NCBI GenBank assembly: GCA_049647165.1
Contig: JBARXB010000057.1
Span: 36,533 to 100,532, forward strand
Direction: 5' to 3'
Length of the DNA: 64,000 nucleotides
Source of the DNA: a bacterium
GTDB lineage: Bacteria > Hydrothermota > Tepidihabitantia > SM23-42
Shown here one piece after another: positions 20,147 through 30,593 of the stretch. Both the position numbers and the translations under genes were made by a program. Below the pieces are notes generated by a model. It was given only the letters and a program-made list of their open reading frames with translations. It was not told the origin of the DNA and did not search any database. The stretch's first letter is position 1; each line of letters opens with the position of its first letter.

Positions 20147-20514
20147 TGGAATTTATAGCTTATACTTACCTTATCAATATCAGCTTCAATATCAAAGCCA
20201 TACATCTTTGCACCAACATAAGCATCAGCGAGTGAATAACCGAAGACAAAAAGACCCCACCATAACATGGAATTTCGTTTACTGTATTCTTCATTTTGGT
20301 GATATTTATAAGCATAGTAACCAATCGCTAATTCACTCGCGCCGATAACAATGCCCGGCACATATCTTTCAGTATAAAATTGACCACCGCCCGGGATAAC
20401 ACAAAGCAGCATTGCTAAACTTGGATTCTTTTTGTCCAGGCTATCAGCAAAAGCAATAAAGCAAATAAGCATGAGCATAATAAGACGCGTATTTTTTATC
20501 GAAGTAGACTTCAC
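20140..20514 (-). CDS. small membrane protein (DUF5683-like)
   Basis: Signal or TM helix, VIPGGGQFYT motif, second hydrophobic segment. Family call is from memory. Confidence 0.45.
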   Translation of the reverse strand: MKSTSIKNTRLIMLMLICFIAFADSLDKKNPSLAMLLCVIPGGGQFYTERYVPGIVIGASELAIGYYAYKYHQNEEYSKRNSMLWWGLFVFGYSLADAYVGAKMYGFDIEADIDKVSISYKFQW

Positions 20515-20925
20515 TTACTTAATGAACTTGTATTCAAAACGCTCAGCTGAATCAATAACGACGATACATCGCAAAGTTTTATATTCAATTCTTTGCTCAT
20601 CGAGAAAACGCATCACATCAGCAGCGCGATCTAATGCTCGTGGAGCTGATATATATAATTCAAGATTCTTATAGTCCAATACAAATCTACGGATAATCTC
20701 CACTTCTCCATACGGAGTGAGCTTATTATTTTGAAAAAAGCGATCTGATGGAAAACGGTTGCCATCACCGGTCAGTCCTTTTTCACCTTTGAGGACATTT
20801 TCCCACATGGCGATTTCTTTTTCAAGTCTGTTAATATCTCTTTTTATCGGGACATATTGGGTCCTATATGCTGCATAAGATCCGATTACTAATATAATAC
20901 TTACAATCCATCCGATGTATTTCAT
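20515..20925 (-). CDS. membrane-anchored hypothetical protein
   Basis: N-terminal TM helix. Abuts or overlaps its neighbours within the valS operon. Confidence 0.5.
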   Translation of the reverse strand: MKYIGWIVSIILVIGSYAAYRTQYVPIKRDINRLEKEIAMWENVLKGEKGLTGDGNRFPSDRFFQNNKLTPYGEVEIIRRFVLDYKNLELYISAPRALDRAADVMRFLDEQRIEYKTLRCIVVIDSAERFEYKFIK

Positions 20926-23555
20926 AATTTTTCTATTGCTCTAACAATACCCTCTTTTTTCCTCAAAAAATCTTTGAGGCGTTCTTGTTCGCGCTGCTTG
21001 ACTTCATCACTGGCCTTACGAATATAATTCGGATTATTCAATCGGTATTTTATTTCATCTATTCTTTTCGAAAGAGCGGCTATTTCATTGTTTAACCTTT
21101 TTTTCTCTTTCGTTATATCGATACCTGATAGCATGATGTAGCAATCAATATCTGGCATGATAACACTTGCTGCTGCTTGTTTAAGTTCCATGTCATAAAC
21201 AATGCTTTCAAGCCCGGCAAGCCCCTTTAAGATTGTAATATTTTCCTCTGTGAAATCTCTAAATCCTTGTTTACCATTTATTATAGCTTCAAGTTTCTCT
21301 TTTGGACTTATATTGAAGAGACCACGGATGTTTCTGATTTCCTCGATCAGGCGCCTTAACATAAGAACATTTCTTATATCCATTTTTACTGGCATAACAA
21401 CAGGCCAGCTCTCTAAAAATATGGATTTCTTGGCAAAGTTAAATTTATGATAGATTTCTTCCGTGATAAAGGGTATATAGGGGTGCAGCACTATAGTCAG
21501 TTGCTTCATTAAGTATTTTGCAGTATTCTTTGAAGGGTATATCTTTATGATCTCGAGATACCAATCGCAGAATGTGTGCCACACAAAGTCGTAGAGCTCA
21601 CGAGCTATGGCGTTCAGTTCGAAGTTAGCAAAATGTTTATTGGTATTTTCGATAAGTGAATTAAACTCGGAGATTATCCATGCATCATATATTGATGTCT
21701 GCGAGCGTGCATTTTCATCATCATCTTTATGATTCATCCAGACCAACCGGGCTGCATTCCATAACTTGTTACAGAATTTACGACCGACATCGATCGCTTT
21801 TTCTGAATATAAAACATCCTGTTCTTTTGGTGTAATGAGCTGTAAACCGTATCGTAATGCATCAGCGCCATATTCAGTGATTAAATCCATGGGGTCTGGT
21901 GAATTACCAAGACTCTTTGACATCTTCCGGCCTTTATCATCCCTGATCATGGGGTGAAAAACGACGTTTGAGAAAGGGATTTTTCCTGTAAATTCCAAGC
22001 CAGCCATGATCATCCTGGCAACCCAGAGATAGATAATATCCCAGCCTGTCACTAGTGTCTGCGTCGGATAGTATTTTTCAAAATCATCTGTTTGTTCAGG
22101 CCATCCAAGTGTCGCAAATGGCCAGAGCCATGAACTGAACCAGGTATCGAGCACATCGTTGTCCTGATGAATATCTGTTGCATTACAATCCGGGCACTTA
22201 TCGGGTTTTTTTGCTGAAACAAACATGCCTTTAATTTTTTTTGACTTATCGTTTTTCTGACTTTGACCGTCTTTTACACTTTCGTCACCAAAACAATGAG
22301 AACAGTAGTATACAGGTATTCTATGCCCCCACCAAAGCTGCCTGGAAATGCACCAGTCGCGGACATTTTCCAGCCAGTGATTATACAAATTTATCCATCT
22401 CTTTGGATACAATCTTACGGTTTTCTTAAGCACAACATCCAATGCCGGTTTGGCTAGTGGTTTCATACGGACGAACCATTGTTTACTTATACGAGGTTCA
22501 ATAGCCGTATGGCATCGTTCGCATTTGGCGAGTGGCAGCTCATGATCCTCAGTTCTTTCGAGTAAACCCATCTTTTCTAATGTAGCTATGATCTGAGTGC
22601 GTGCTTTATAACGATCCATTGTACCATATTCATTCGTATTTTCATTGAGTGTTGCGTCAGGATTCATTATATTGATAAATTCAAGGTTGTGCTTTTTAGC
22701 CAGGGTAAAGTCAAACGGATCATGAGCTGGGGTGACTTTTAATGCACCTGTGCCGAATTCAGGATCGACATAATCATCACTGATTATCGGAATGGCCCGG
22801 TTCATGATCGGTAACAAAGCAGTACCGCCGATGAGTTTTCTATATCGGATGTCATCAGGGTTTACACATATTGCCGTATCACCGAGCATTGTTTCAGGTC
22901 TTGTTGTTGCTACTGTTATGAAATTTTCGGTCCCAACTATTGGGTATTTGATATAGTAGAGTTTACCTGGTTCTTCTTCAGTTTCAACCTGTTCATCAGA
23001 CAAAGCCGATAAACAGCGAGGACACCAGTTTATTATGTATTCACCACGGTAGATAAGACCCTTATTATAAAGGTCAACAAAAACCTTAATTACTCTCTTC
23101 GAATACTCTTCAGATAAAGTGAACTGTTCGCGTGACCAATCCAGCGCAAAGCCCATTTTTTTTAGCTGTTTTCGGATCGTTGTAGCATATTCCTCTTTCC
23201 ACTTCCATACTTCTTTTACAAATTTTTCGCGTCCCAAATTCTCTTTTTTAATCCCTTCTTTTCGTAATTTCTCCTCGACAACGACCTGAGTAGCAATACC
23301 AGCATGATCCATGCCGACCATCCATAGTGTTTCATGTCCGGTCAATCTGCTGTATCTGATAAGTATATCCTGAATCGAGTTATTCAGAGCATGACCGAGT
23401 GTGAGTCGTCCGGTAACATTGGGCAAGGGGATCATAATCGTATATGGGGGCTTTTTAGATCGATTGTCAGGCGTAAAAAGATGTTCACTCAACCAGAATT
23501 TATACCAATGGTCCTCAATACCGTGGGGCTCATATTTACCTGGAAATTCATCCAT
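20922..23555 (-). CDS. valS: valyl-tRNA synthetase
   Basis: HIGH-type motif (LGHALN), KMSKS motif present, C-terminal coiled coil. Confidence 0.95.
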   Translation of the reverse strand: MDEFPGKYEPHGIEDHWYKFWLSEHLFTPDNRSKKPPYTIMIPLPNVTGRLTLGHALNNSIQDILIRYSRLTGHETLWMVGMDHAGIATQVVVEEKLRKEGIKKENLGREKFVKEVWKWKEEYATTIRKQLKKMGFALDWSREQFTLSEEYSKRVIKVFVDLYNKGLIYRGEYIINWCPRCLSALSDEQVETEEEPGKLYYIKYPIVGTENFITVATTRPETMLGDTAICVNPDDIRYRKLIGGTALLPIMNRAIPIISDDYVDPEFGTGALKVTPAHDPFDFTLAKKHNLEFINIMNPDATLNENTNEYGTMDRYKARTQIIATLEKMGLLERTEDHELPLAKCERCHTAIEPRISKQWFVRMKPLAKPALDVVLKKTVRLYPKRWINLYNHWLENVRDWCISRQLWWGHRIPVYYCSHCFGDESVKDGQSQKNDKSKKIKGMFVSAKKPDKCPDCNATDIHQDNDVLDTWFSSWLWPFATLGWPEQTDDFEKYYPTQTLVTGWDIIYLWVARMIMAGLEFTGKIPFSNVVFHPMIRDDKGRKMSKSLGNSPDPMDLITEYGADALRYGLQLITPKEQDVLYSEKAIDVGRKFCNKLWNAARLVWMNHKDDDENARSQTSIYDAWIISEFNSLIENTNKHFANFELNAIARELYDFVWHTFCDWYLEIIKIYPSKNTAKYLMKQLTIVLHPYIPFITEEIYHKFNFAKKSIFLESWPVVMPVKMDIRNVLMLRRLIEEIRNIRGLFNISPKEKLEAIINGKQGFRDFTEENITILKGLAGLESIVYDMELKQAAASVIMPDIDCYIMLSGIDITKEKKRLNNEIAALSKRIDEIKYRLNNPNYIRKASDEVKQREQERLKDFLRKKEGIVRAIEKL

Positions 23556-23605
23556 AGCATAACTATATTCAATATTTCTTTTCTGTCAATGAATAGCAAA
23601 ATGCT

Positions 23606-23818
23606 AATCGTATTCGTATCTCGTCCCACAAAGTGGGATCCTTGATTTATCCCGCTTCGTATTATAATACTATAAATAGAATTGCGGGATTTACTGATAT
23701 TGTTTCTTAATATGAAAAATCGAGATAAATCGTATTCGTTATGATTCAATATCACGAGCACGAAAAACGAATTATCCCGTCTGAAGGACGAGGATCCGCG
23801 AGAATCGGGACGAATACG
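23606..23818. repeat. three copies of a CGTATTCGT core in the fpg-valS intergenic region (two direct as a 12-mer, one inverted)
   Basis: AATCGTATTCGT at 23606-23617 and 23728-23739. Inverted core ACGAATACG at 23810-23818. Hairpin TCCCAC-AAA-GTGGGA at 23624-23638. Confidence 0.4.
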
Positions 23819-23872
23819 GGTTTAATCTCTGATTTTCTGCTTAGTGCCTAGTTCTTAGTGCTTACTGTCTTT

Positions 23873-24697
23873 TCACTTCTGACACTTCGGGCAATACCTA
23901 GTACTACGGTTGCCGAGTTTTTTTAAAACAATTTTTGTCCCACATACATTACATGGTTCGTTTTCTTTACCATAAACATTTAAGAAGTTCTGAAAACTTC
24001 CGTCCTTTCCATCAGTCCGATGGTAATCAGCTACTGATGTTCCGTAATTATCTATACCCTTTCTAATTACATCTTTAAGAGCTTTCACAAGCCTGGCTGT
24101 TTCTTTGATTGTCATACGGTACGCACGGCGCAAAGGTCTTACGCCTGCTTTGAATAATGCTTCATCTGAGTATATATTACCGACCCCGGCACAAATACTC
24201 TGATCAAGCAGCAATGACTTGATTTTTGCTTTTCTTCCCTTTAGTTTACCGTTCATATATGAAAAATTAAAACTATCAGCGGTCGGTTCAATTCCCAGGT
24301 TGTATAACCCTTTCAACATCGGTAGTTTTCTATTTCCCTTTACCAGGTATATCCTGCCCAGCGCTCTCGGTTCATTAAAAAATAACTGATGACCATTGAT
24401 GCTTATTATTACTCTGGTAAAACGCTCAGGTTTTACACGGGCCTTTCTTAAGGAAATTGTGCCCGACAACCTGAGATGGAATATGATTTTTTTGTCATTG
24501 GTAAGTTCGAGAAAGAGATATTTAGCTTTTCGTGATACATCGATAATGCTTTCGTTAGTTATTGATTTGCAGAATTCTTTTGGATCAGGATAGGCAATGA
24601 TGTCGTTACGTAAGACCGTGCATTTTTTGATTTTTTTATGGATTAATCTTGGTTTGAGCTCTCTTTTAATGGTTTCAACTTCGGGGAGTTCTGGCAT
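23873..24697 (-). CDS. mutM: formamidopyrimidine-DNA glycosylase
   Basis: MPELPEVE N-terminus, H2TH region, C-terminal zinf finger CxxC..CxxC (CNVCGT..YCPKCQ). Confidence 0.9.
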   Translation of the reverse strand: MPELPEVETIKRELKPRLIHKKIKKCTVLRNDIIAYPDPKEFCKSITNESIIDVSRKAKYLFLELTNDKKIIFHLRLSGTISLRKARVKPERFTRVIISINGHQLFFNEPRALGRIYLVKGNRKLPMLKGLYNLGIEPTADSFNFSYMNGKLKGRKAKIKSLLLDQSICAGVGNIYSDEALFKAGVRPLRRAYRMTIKETARLVKALKDVIRKGIDNYGTSVADYHRTDGKDGSFQNFLNVYGKENEPCNVCGTKIVLKKLGNRSTRYCPKCQK

Positions 24698-24710
24698 AGC
24701 TGAACTGTTG

Positions 24711-26984
24711 CTATTTATTCAACAGGTTTTTGATTTTCGTTTCCCATTCTTTCTTTTTCTTCTCGAATTCGTTCTTTACTTTGCCTTTTATACGCTGTTT
24801 AATTTTATTTTTATCAAGACTGAACTTGGGTGAAGTGAAACTACCAGTGACGATAAGGTCAATAGTTGCTTTTCCTTTACTATCAATAGGGAATATCCAA
24901 TCACCGTGATATTTTTTTACGATATCTGAGTACTTTTTTGAAAGTGTCGTTGCGATATTCAGATTCACACTTCCATTCAGCCCTATTGTACCGTTCAAAA
25001 GGAAATCACCTGTCTTAGATGATAACGCCCAATCTTTTACTTTTGTTTTACCTTTATCGATATTGAAATCCACTACGAAATCATCAAAATCAACTACCTC
25101 GTAATTTTTTATGCCAAGCCAGGTAAGTAACTTGGTAAAGAACTGGAAGTTCTTAAAAACACCTTTTGTTATTTTGATATTACCTGCTGAACTAAGATTA
25201 GTGAGAACATCATTTTTGGTAAAGCCGCGTCCCTGGAAGTTACTTATACCGCTCAATGCACCTTCCAGATTCTCAAAGTTCAAGAAACGCTTCAGGACTT
25301 TTTTGGTCGAAATTGAAGTCATGCGTGTATTTATACGATAGGGTTCGGGATTGTTAGCATTATAGTAAAGATCGAACTGGACTTTACCGTCGAAGGCATC
25401 GGCGGTACAATTCTTCAGGTCGATTATAGCGTTTTCAAAAGTGAAATTGGTATTGATATTCTTGAACTCCATGTCCGCACCAGTGAACCGGTCTATTTTC
25501 GTGCTACCACGAAGTGTTATCGGCGCAGCCTTTCCGGTTTCTGGTTTGCTTTTATCCGGTTTTGGAATAATTTCATCGAGATCGATGAAATGTGAAGAGT
25601 TCTTGATCTCAATAACCGGTTTAGTAAAATTGGTAATGTTACCGGTTAAAGAAAAATCGGAATTTCCAATGCTACCACCACATTTATTGATCTTTGCGGC
25701 ATTGTTCTCAAATTTGCCCTGAATGATAAAATCGCTTATCGGTTTTGCCACACCAATACCATTTATAAAACCGTTCTTTATACTGTAATCCCCAGAGTAT
25801 GACGGATTTTTGGTGCTACCTTTTATTGTAAGGTCTATCACAAGCGGACCTCTAAGTTGAACGCCTTTCATATCACTTGTGAGCATCTCTAAATCTTGGA
25901 GATCTCCAGTTGCTTTGGCATTTAGATTGAATAATGGACTACTAATGTTATTGACTGCACCGGTGAGTTGTAGTTTTGCTTTTCCGAAAACCCCTTGTAA
26001 TTCAATATCCTTGATTGCTTTATCACTAAATGAAAGTGAACCGTGAATTTTTGTAAAACCTCGGCTCAAGTTTTTTGGCATAAACGAAACATTCTTGAAT
26101 TCACTATTACCAGCAAGCTTAATTTTGTTAATTTTCCCGGTAACAGAACAGGTGGCTATTAAGGCACCACTGAGTTTTTCAGGTCGTGAACCTGCCGGAA
26201 TTAATGGCGGGAGTTTTGACATATCATTGACCCTGAGTTTCGCGTCAATATCAAGGTTCTCCATTTTGCTTATATCACCATTGATTATCAACTCGATCGG
26301 GTCATAAAAGGCAGTTATCTTTTTTACTTCAATATCTTTTTTCAATGTGTCATAGGTGATGTCATTTACGACCTCTACTATCATCTCAGGCAGTATCTTA
26401 TTTTTCAATATATATACAGTGCTTTTCCCGGATGTCGATACTTTGTGTCCTCTGAATTTGATATCCTGACTGATATCCTTCAATCTCATTTCTGTTTTCG
26501 TAACCTCATCAAGATAGTACACATCACCTCTGGAAATAGTGATCGAAGAGAGCGATAATGCCCAACTCGAGCCTTTGGCTTCTTTTGGTATAACCGCAGC
26601 GAAATTCGTTTTTTTAAGATTATTTCTTTCAACCCGCACCTTTATACCTTTAAGATCCAAACCGCCTATGACGATACGGCGTCCCAATAATGGTAGGATT
26701 TTAAGATTCAGGGTCGTTTTGTCTATTTCGATCATAGGCTCTCGGCTGAAACCTTTAACATTCGCTATTTTTACACTATCTATTGTGATACCAACTTTGA
26801 AACCAAAGCGCAAACCAACGCGACCTATTTCAACTGGATATTGGATAGCTTCGGTTAGAACCTTCTCAGCGATGCCGCTTACTGTTTGGGGCGTAAGGTA
26901 ACTCTTTATTATGAAATAACCAGTAATCAAAATGACGATGATTACACCAATGATCGCCAGCAGTAACTTTAAAAATCTGTTCAT
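24711..26984 (-). CDS. AsmA-family outer-membrane assembly/lipid-transfer-like protein
   Basis: Single N-terminal TM (start moved to MNRFLKLLLAIIG), then about 730 aa of beta-rich repeats typical of AsmA/TamB-like proteins. Confidence 0.55.
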   Translation of the reverse strand: MNRFLKLLLAIIGVIIVILITGYFIIKSYLTPQTVSGIAEKVLTEAIQYPVEIGRVGLRFGFKVGITIDSVKIANVKGFSREPMIEIDKTTLNLKILPLLGRRIVIGGLDLKGIKVRVERNNLKKTNFAAVIPKEAKGSSWALSLSSITISRGDVYYLDEVTKTEMRLKDISQDIKFRGHKVSTSGKSTVYILKNKILPEMIVEVVNDITYDTLKKDIEVKKITAFYDPIELIINGDISKMENLDIDAKLRVNDMSKLPPLIPAGSRPEKLSGALIATCSVTGKINKIKLAGNSEFKNVSFMPKNLSRGFTKIHGSLSFSDKAIKDIELQGVFGKAKLQLTGAVNNISSPLFNLNAKATGDLQDLEMLTSDMKGVQLRGPLVIDLTIKGSTKNPSYSGDYSIKNGFINGIGVAKPISDFIIQGKFENNAAKINKCGGSIGNSDFSLTGNITNFTKPVIEIKNSSHFIDLDEIIPKPDKSKPETGKAAPITLRGSTKIDRFTGADMEFKNINTNFTFENAIIDLKNCTADAFDGKVQFDLYYNANNPEPYRINTRMTSISTKKVLKRFLNFENLEGALSGISNFQGRGFTKNDVLTNLSSAGNIKITKGVFKNFQFFTKLLTWLGIKNYEVVDFDDFVVDFNIDKGKTKVKDWALSSKTGDFLLNGTIGLNGSVNLNIATTLSKKYSDIVKKYHGDWIFPIDSKGKATIDLIVTGSFTSPKFSLDKNKIKQRIKGKVKNEFEKKKKEWETKIKNLLNK

Positions 26985-27039
26985 TTCTTCTCCTGTGGAT
27001 CCCGACAAATTATTAGTTTATTAAAGTGGTTATAGTGCA

Positions 27040-27672
27040 TTATAGAATAATCATATTTCCAGCAAAAAGTCTGCTGAAAAAGGCCGTGAATGGTCCGATC
27101 CATCCCCAGAGAACGGGTATTCCGGTGACCCTATCGAACATAATAAGCCCGATCAGCACAAAGAAACCATAACGCATAAGCCAAAGTTCGATGTATCGGT
27201 ATTTAGGCGGCAAGAAAGCAAAGAGAACATGTGAACCATCGAGCGGGGGGATGGGTATGAGATTGAAGACACAAAATATAAGATTGAATAAAACAAAGCC
27301 TTCAAGCATTATACGAATGGGTAATAGGTAATTAACATCAGTCGGGACGACTCTGGTTATCAGACCAAAAGGTATAGCGATCAAGAAATTCGATAGTGGA
27401 CCTGCCAGTGAAGTATATATAATTCCTTTTTTTAGATTGGTAAAATTACTGGAATTTATTGGCACTGGTTTTGCCCAGCCAAATCGGAAAATAATAAACG
27501 CCAACAAACCGAGTATATCGATATGCTTTATTGGATTGAGAGTAAGACGCCCGGCAAATTTTGCAGTTGGATCACCCATGTGCAGTGCTGCATATCCATG
27601 AGAGTATTCGTGTATGGTGAGGGCAAATAGAATCGGTGGTAAAAAGAGCAAATAAGAAACAATGATATTCAT
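27040..27672 (-). CDS. site-2 protease family (M50) membrane metalloprotease
   Basis: HEYSHG zinc motif in TM1 and NLIPIPPLDGSH motif. Confidence 0.8.
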   Translation of the reverse strand: MNIIVSYLLFLPPILFALTIHEYSHGYAALHMGDPTAKFAGRLTLNPIKHIDILGLLAFIIFRFGWAKPVPINSSNFTNLKKGIIYTSLAGPLSNFLIAIPFGLITRVVPTDVNYLLPIRIMLEGFVLFNLIFCVFNLIPIPPLDGSHVLFAFLPPKYRYIELWLMRYGFFVLIGLIMFDRVTGIPVLWGWIGPFTAFFSRLFAGNMIIL

Positions 27673-28823
27673 TATTTTTTAGTATTTCTTATGTACTTAA
27701 GGGCTTCTTTTCTATTCTTGATTTTTTTATCAAATTGCCAATCACGTAACTTCCTTAGCATGCTTTTAAATTTTCTTTCCGGTTTAAAACCCGACTTTTT
27801 CAAATCATTTCCATTTATGAAACGCTTGATTTTCTTGAGTTGTCGGAATATCCTCACTTTTTGTTTTAGTCTGGGCAGTACGGCGGGGATTACATCGATA
27901 ACTCCATCAGAAATAGGGGAGAGAATGGAAAATATCGTGCTTTTTTTAGATGCTTTATCAATCCTCATGAGCGTATTATTGAGATTTTGAAAATCCTTGA
28001 CTAATGATCTTTCCGTATTTGATAACGGGAATTTAATAGATTTCACTTTGGATAAGTAATAATATATACGATTATCTCCGAGAACTGGTAATAATTCTAG
28101 GTCCTTTTTCCTTATTTTCATTGAGGTCAGGTCTGAGATGTCCTTGATTGTTAGAAAATATTGTTCTTCCTCAAAAATAATCTTTAGTTCATCGAGAATC
28201 CTTTGACTACTTAAAAGCTGGATCATTTTTTTATCGATGGCTTCAGTCATTAAAGATTTTGTTTTTTTACCGATTTTGAAACCGAATCTGTTTTTATATC
28301 TCAAGGCACGGAATATGCGTGTTGGGTCATCAGTGAAACTACCCTTATGAAGGACTCTTATCATACCCTTTTTAATGTCATCGAGCCCCTCAAAAGGATC
28401 AAAAATCTCTCCAAAATTCTTATTTGAAATAGACATAGCGATTGCGTTCATCCGAAAATCCCGACGATTCAGGTCTTCATTGATCGTTGAGGGATAAACA
28501 TGTGGTAATTTTGCGGGGGAGGGATACCGTTCCACTCTGGCACTAGCCAGATCGACCCTTGTTTGTTTTGTGTTGATAGAAGCAGTGCCAAATTCATTAT
28601 GCACAGTGAGTTTACCTTTAAGTTTGGTATTCAGTTGTCGAGCAACTTTTATCGCATCGTCTTCAACGACTATGTCTATATCTAATGGTTCTATACCGAG
28701 GGTTGTATCTCGGACATATCCACCTACTAAATATGCGTGATATTGTGAATGGACGAAGAAATCTATTGTTTTACTTAAAACCGATTTCTTTTGCTGTTTT
28801 ACCGAAGATTTTGATCTTACCAA
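27672..28823 (-). CDS. tRNA nucleotidyltransferase / poly(A) polymerase-family protein (CCA-adding-like)
   Basis: LVGGYVRD and DIDIVV head-domain motifs, RDFRMNA motif. The TTG start overlaps the upstream gene by 53 nt, so the start is uncertain. Confidence 0.75.
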   Translation of the reverse strand: MVRSKSSVKQQKKSVLSKTIDFFVHSQYHAYLVGGYVRDTTLGIEPLDIDIVVEDDAIKVARQLNTKLKGKLTVHNEFGTASINTKQTRVDLASARVERYPSPAKLPHVYPSTINEDLNRRDFRMNAIAMSISNKNFGEIFDPFEGLDDIKKGMIRVLHKGSFTDDPTRIFRALRYKNRFGFKIGKKTKSLMTEAIDKKMIQLLSSQRILDELKIIFEEEQYFLTIKDISDLTSMKIRKKDLELLPVLGDNRIYYYLSKVKSIKFPLSNTERSLVKDFQNLNNTLMRIDKASKKSTIFSILSPISDGVIDVIPAVLPRLKQKVRIFRQLKKIKRFINGNDLKKSGFKPERKFKSMLRKLRDWQFDKKIKNRKEALKYIRNTKK

Positions 28824-29058
28824 ATTTGTCCTCGTATTTATCTATATGTTGCACTACAACCTCTTTCAGGAGATTAGCATTTTGTGGAGTCATGATTATC
28901 CTAGCAAAAACCTTGGCTTTTTGAGCACCGGGTAAAAAGCGCACGAAATCGAATATAAATTCCGATGGCGTAAAGTTTATGGCAATGCCATTAGCATAAA
29001 TTCCTTCTGATTGTTCAGCACCAAGCTCTAATTTAATTTGCTGTTTATTCTCTTCCAT
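28771..29058 (-). CDS. DUF3467-like small protein
   Basis: GIYANGIAINFTPSEFIFDF.. pattern recalled for DUF3467. Confidence 0.6.
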   Translation of the reverse strand: MEENKQQIKLELGAEQSEGIYANGIAINFTPSEFIFDFVRFLPGAQKAKVFARIIMTPQNANLLKEVVVQHIDKYEDKFGKIKIFGKTAKEIGFK

Positions 29059-29146
29059 AGTTTTTCTCCTTTGGTAATTATACTCATAAAACGTTAATAG
29101 TCAATAAGCGGGGAAATAGCAGGTTACAAAACAGATAAGGAGTGAT

Positions 29147-30466
29147 CTACATAAGAAAAATGTACCGTAATATAAAGAGAATAGTGAAAATAATCAGAAT
29201 AGGGTGGACTTCTTTGATTTTCCCAGTGATTGTTTTAAGCAAAGCATAGAAAATAAAACCAACTGCGATACCTTCTGTAATTGAATAAGCATAGGGCATG
29301 ATTACGATCGTTAAGAAAGCAGGTATTGCCTCAGTAAGATCATCCCATTTTATCCTCGATACGCCTGACATCATCAAGGTTCCAACGATTATCAATGCTG
29401 GAGCAGTGACCGGGTAGAGAACACCACCTTCAATAGCATAACCACCCCCGATCATTTTTACTAAGGGGTAAAAAAACAAGGCAATAAGAAAGAGGATGCC
29501 CGTTAATAGATTAGCAAGGCCGGTGCGTGCTCCGCTTGCTACACCAGTCGAGCTTTCAATATAACTGGTGACGGTCGAGGTCCCCATGATCGTACCAAAA
29601 AGCGTACCTATAGCATCGGATAATAAAGCTCTCCTCGCCCGAGGTAATTTACCGTCTTTTACAAATCCAGCTTGCTCACTGACGCCGATAAGGGTACCTA
29701 CGGTATCAAAAAGGTCGAGAAAAAAAAGTATAAATATCGTCGGCAACAGGGAAAGTGTAAAAGCTGCTCCAATATTCAGTTTAAAGAATGTTGGTGCAAC
29801 TGATGGTGGTGTACTGATAATACCCTGGTATTTCACAATGCCAAATGGGATACCGATTAAAGCAGTAACGATGATGCCGATGGCGATAGCTCCTTTGATC
29901 TTGTATGTATAAAGTGCGGTAATGAATAAAAGTCCGAATATAGCCAGAAGCACTGGTGGGCTGTGTAGATCCCCAAAGCCCAAGATCGTACCGGGTTTAT
30001 ATACGACGATACCTGCCCACTGGAAGCCTATTAAGGCGATGAATAGACCTATACCCACGGCAATCGCTTGTTTTAGTGAGTTGGGTATGGCATTAATGAG
30101 CATTTCACGTAATCCAAAAATAGCAAGGATTATAAAAGCCGCTCCAGAAATGAAATTTGCACCGAGCGCTGTTTGCCAGGGCACACCCATGGCAAGACAG
30201 ATTGTATAAACAAAGAAGAAGTTGTGTCCCATTGCCGGGGCTAAAGCGATCGGATAGTTTGCCAAGAAAGCCATTAGAAAAGTTGCTACAGCACTGGAAA
30301 GGCAGGTTGCGATCATGACCGCGCCGAAATCCATGCCGGCTGCTGATAATACGGCTGGCTGGACGAATATGATGTATGCCATTGTCATAAACGTTGTTGT
30401 ACCGCCGATCATTTCCTGGCTGACAGTAGTGTTGTTTGTTTTGAGTTTAAATATTTTTTCCAGCAT
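29147..30466 (-). CDS. NCS2/AzgA-family purine (adenine/guanine/hypoxanthine) permease
   Basis: About 13 TM segments. N-terminus EMIGGTTTFMTMAYIIFVQP is typical of AzgA-type permeases. Confidence 0.85.
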   Translation of the reverse strand: MLEKIFKLKTNNTTVSQEMIGGTTTFMTMAYIIFVQPAVLSAAGMDFGAVMIATCLSSAVATFLMAFLANYPIALAPAMGHNFFFVYTICLAMGVPWQTALGANFISGAAFIILAIFGLREMLINAIPNSLKQAIAVGIGLFIALIGFQWAGIVVYKPGTILGFGDLHSPPVLLAIFGLLFITALYTYKIKGAIAIGIIVTALIGIPFGIVKYQGIISTPPSVAPTFFKLNIGAAFTLSLLPTIFILFFLDLFDTVGTLIGVSEQAGFVKDGKLPRARRALLSDAIGTLFGTIMGTSTVTSYIESSTGVASGARTGLANLLTGILFLIALFFYPLVKMIGGGYAIEGGVLYPVTAPALIIVGTLMMSGVSRIKWDDLTEAIPAFLTIVIMPYAYSITEGIAVGFIFYALLKTITGKIKEVHPILIIFTILFILRYIFLM

Positions 30467-30593
30467 TTGACCTTCTCCTAATACAAGATCTAGTCATTAA
30501 GTCACTATGTTATTGAGTAATTAAAGAAATGAGCCATTGTGTTCTTCTCTACTGCTAAAAAAGTCAAGTCAGCTAACGAATAGAACGATCAAA

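Noticed and set aside
23556-23700. Possible T-box leader upstream of valS
   Set aside because: I found no T-box consensus-like segment or specifier/antiterminator arrangement. The region is reported only as a repeat-containing spacer.
30467-30593. Possible purine riboswitch upstream of the NCS2 purine permease
   Set aside because: The minus-strand leader lacks the conserved purine-riboswitch junction and loop sequences that I can recall, and no convincing three-way junction folds.
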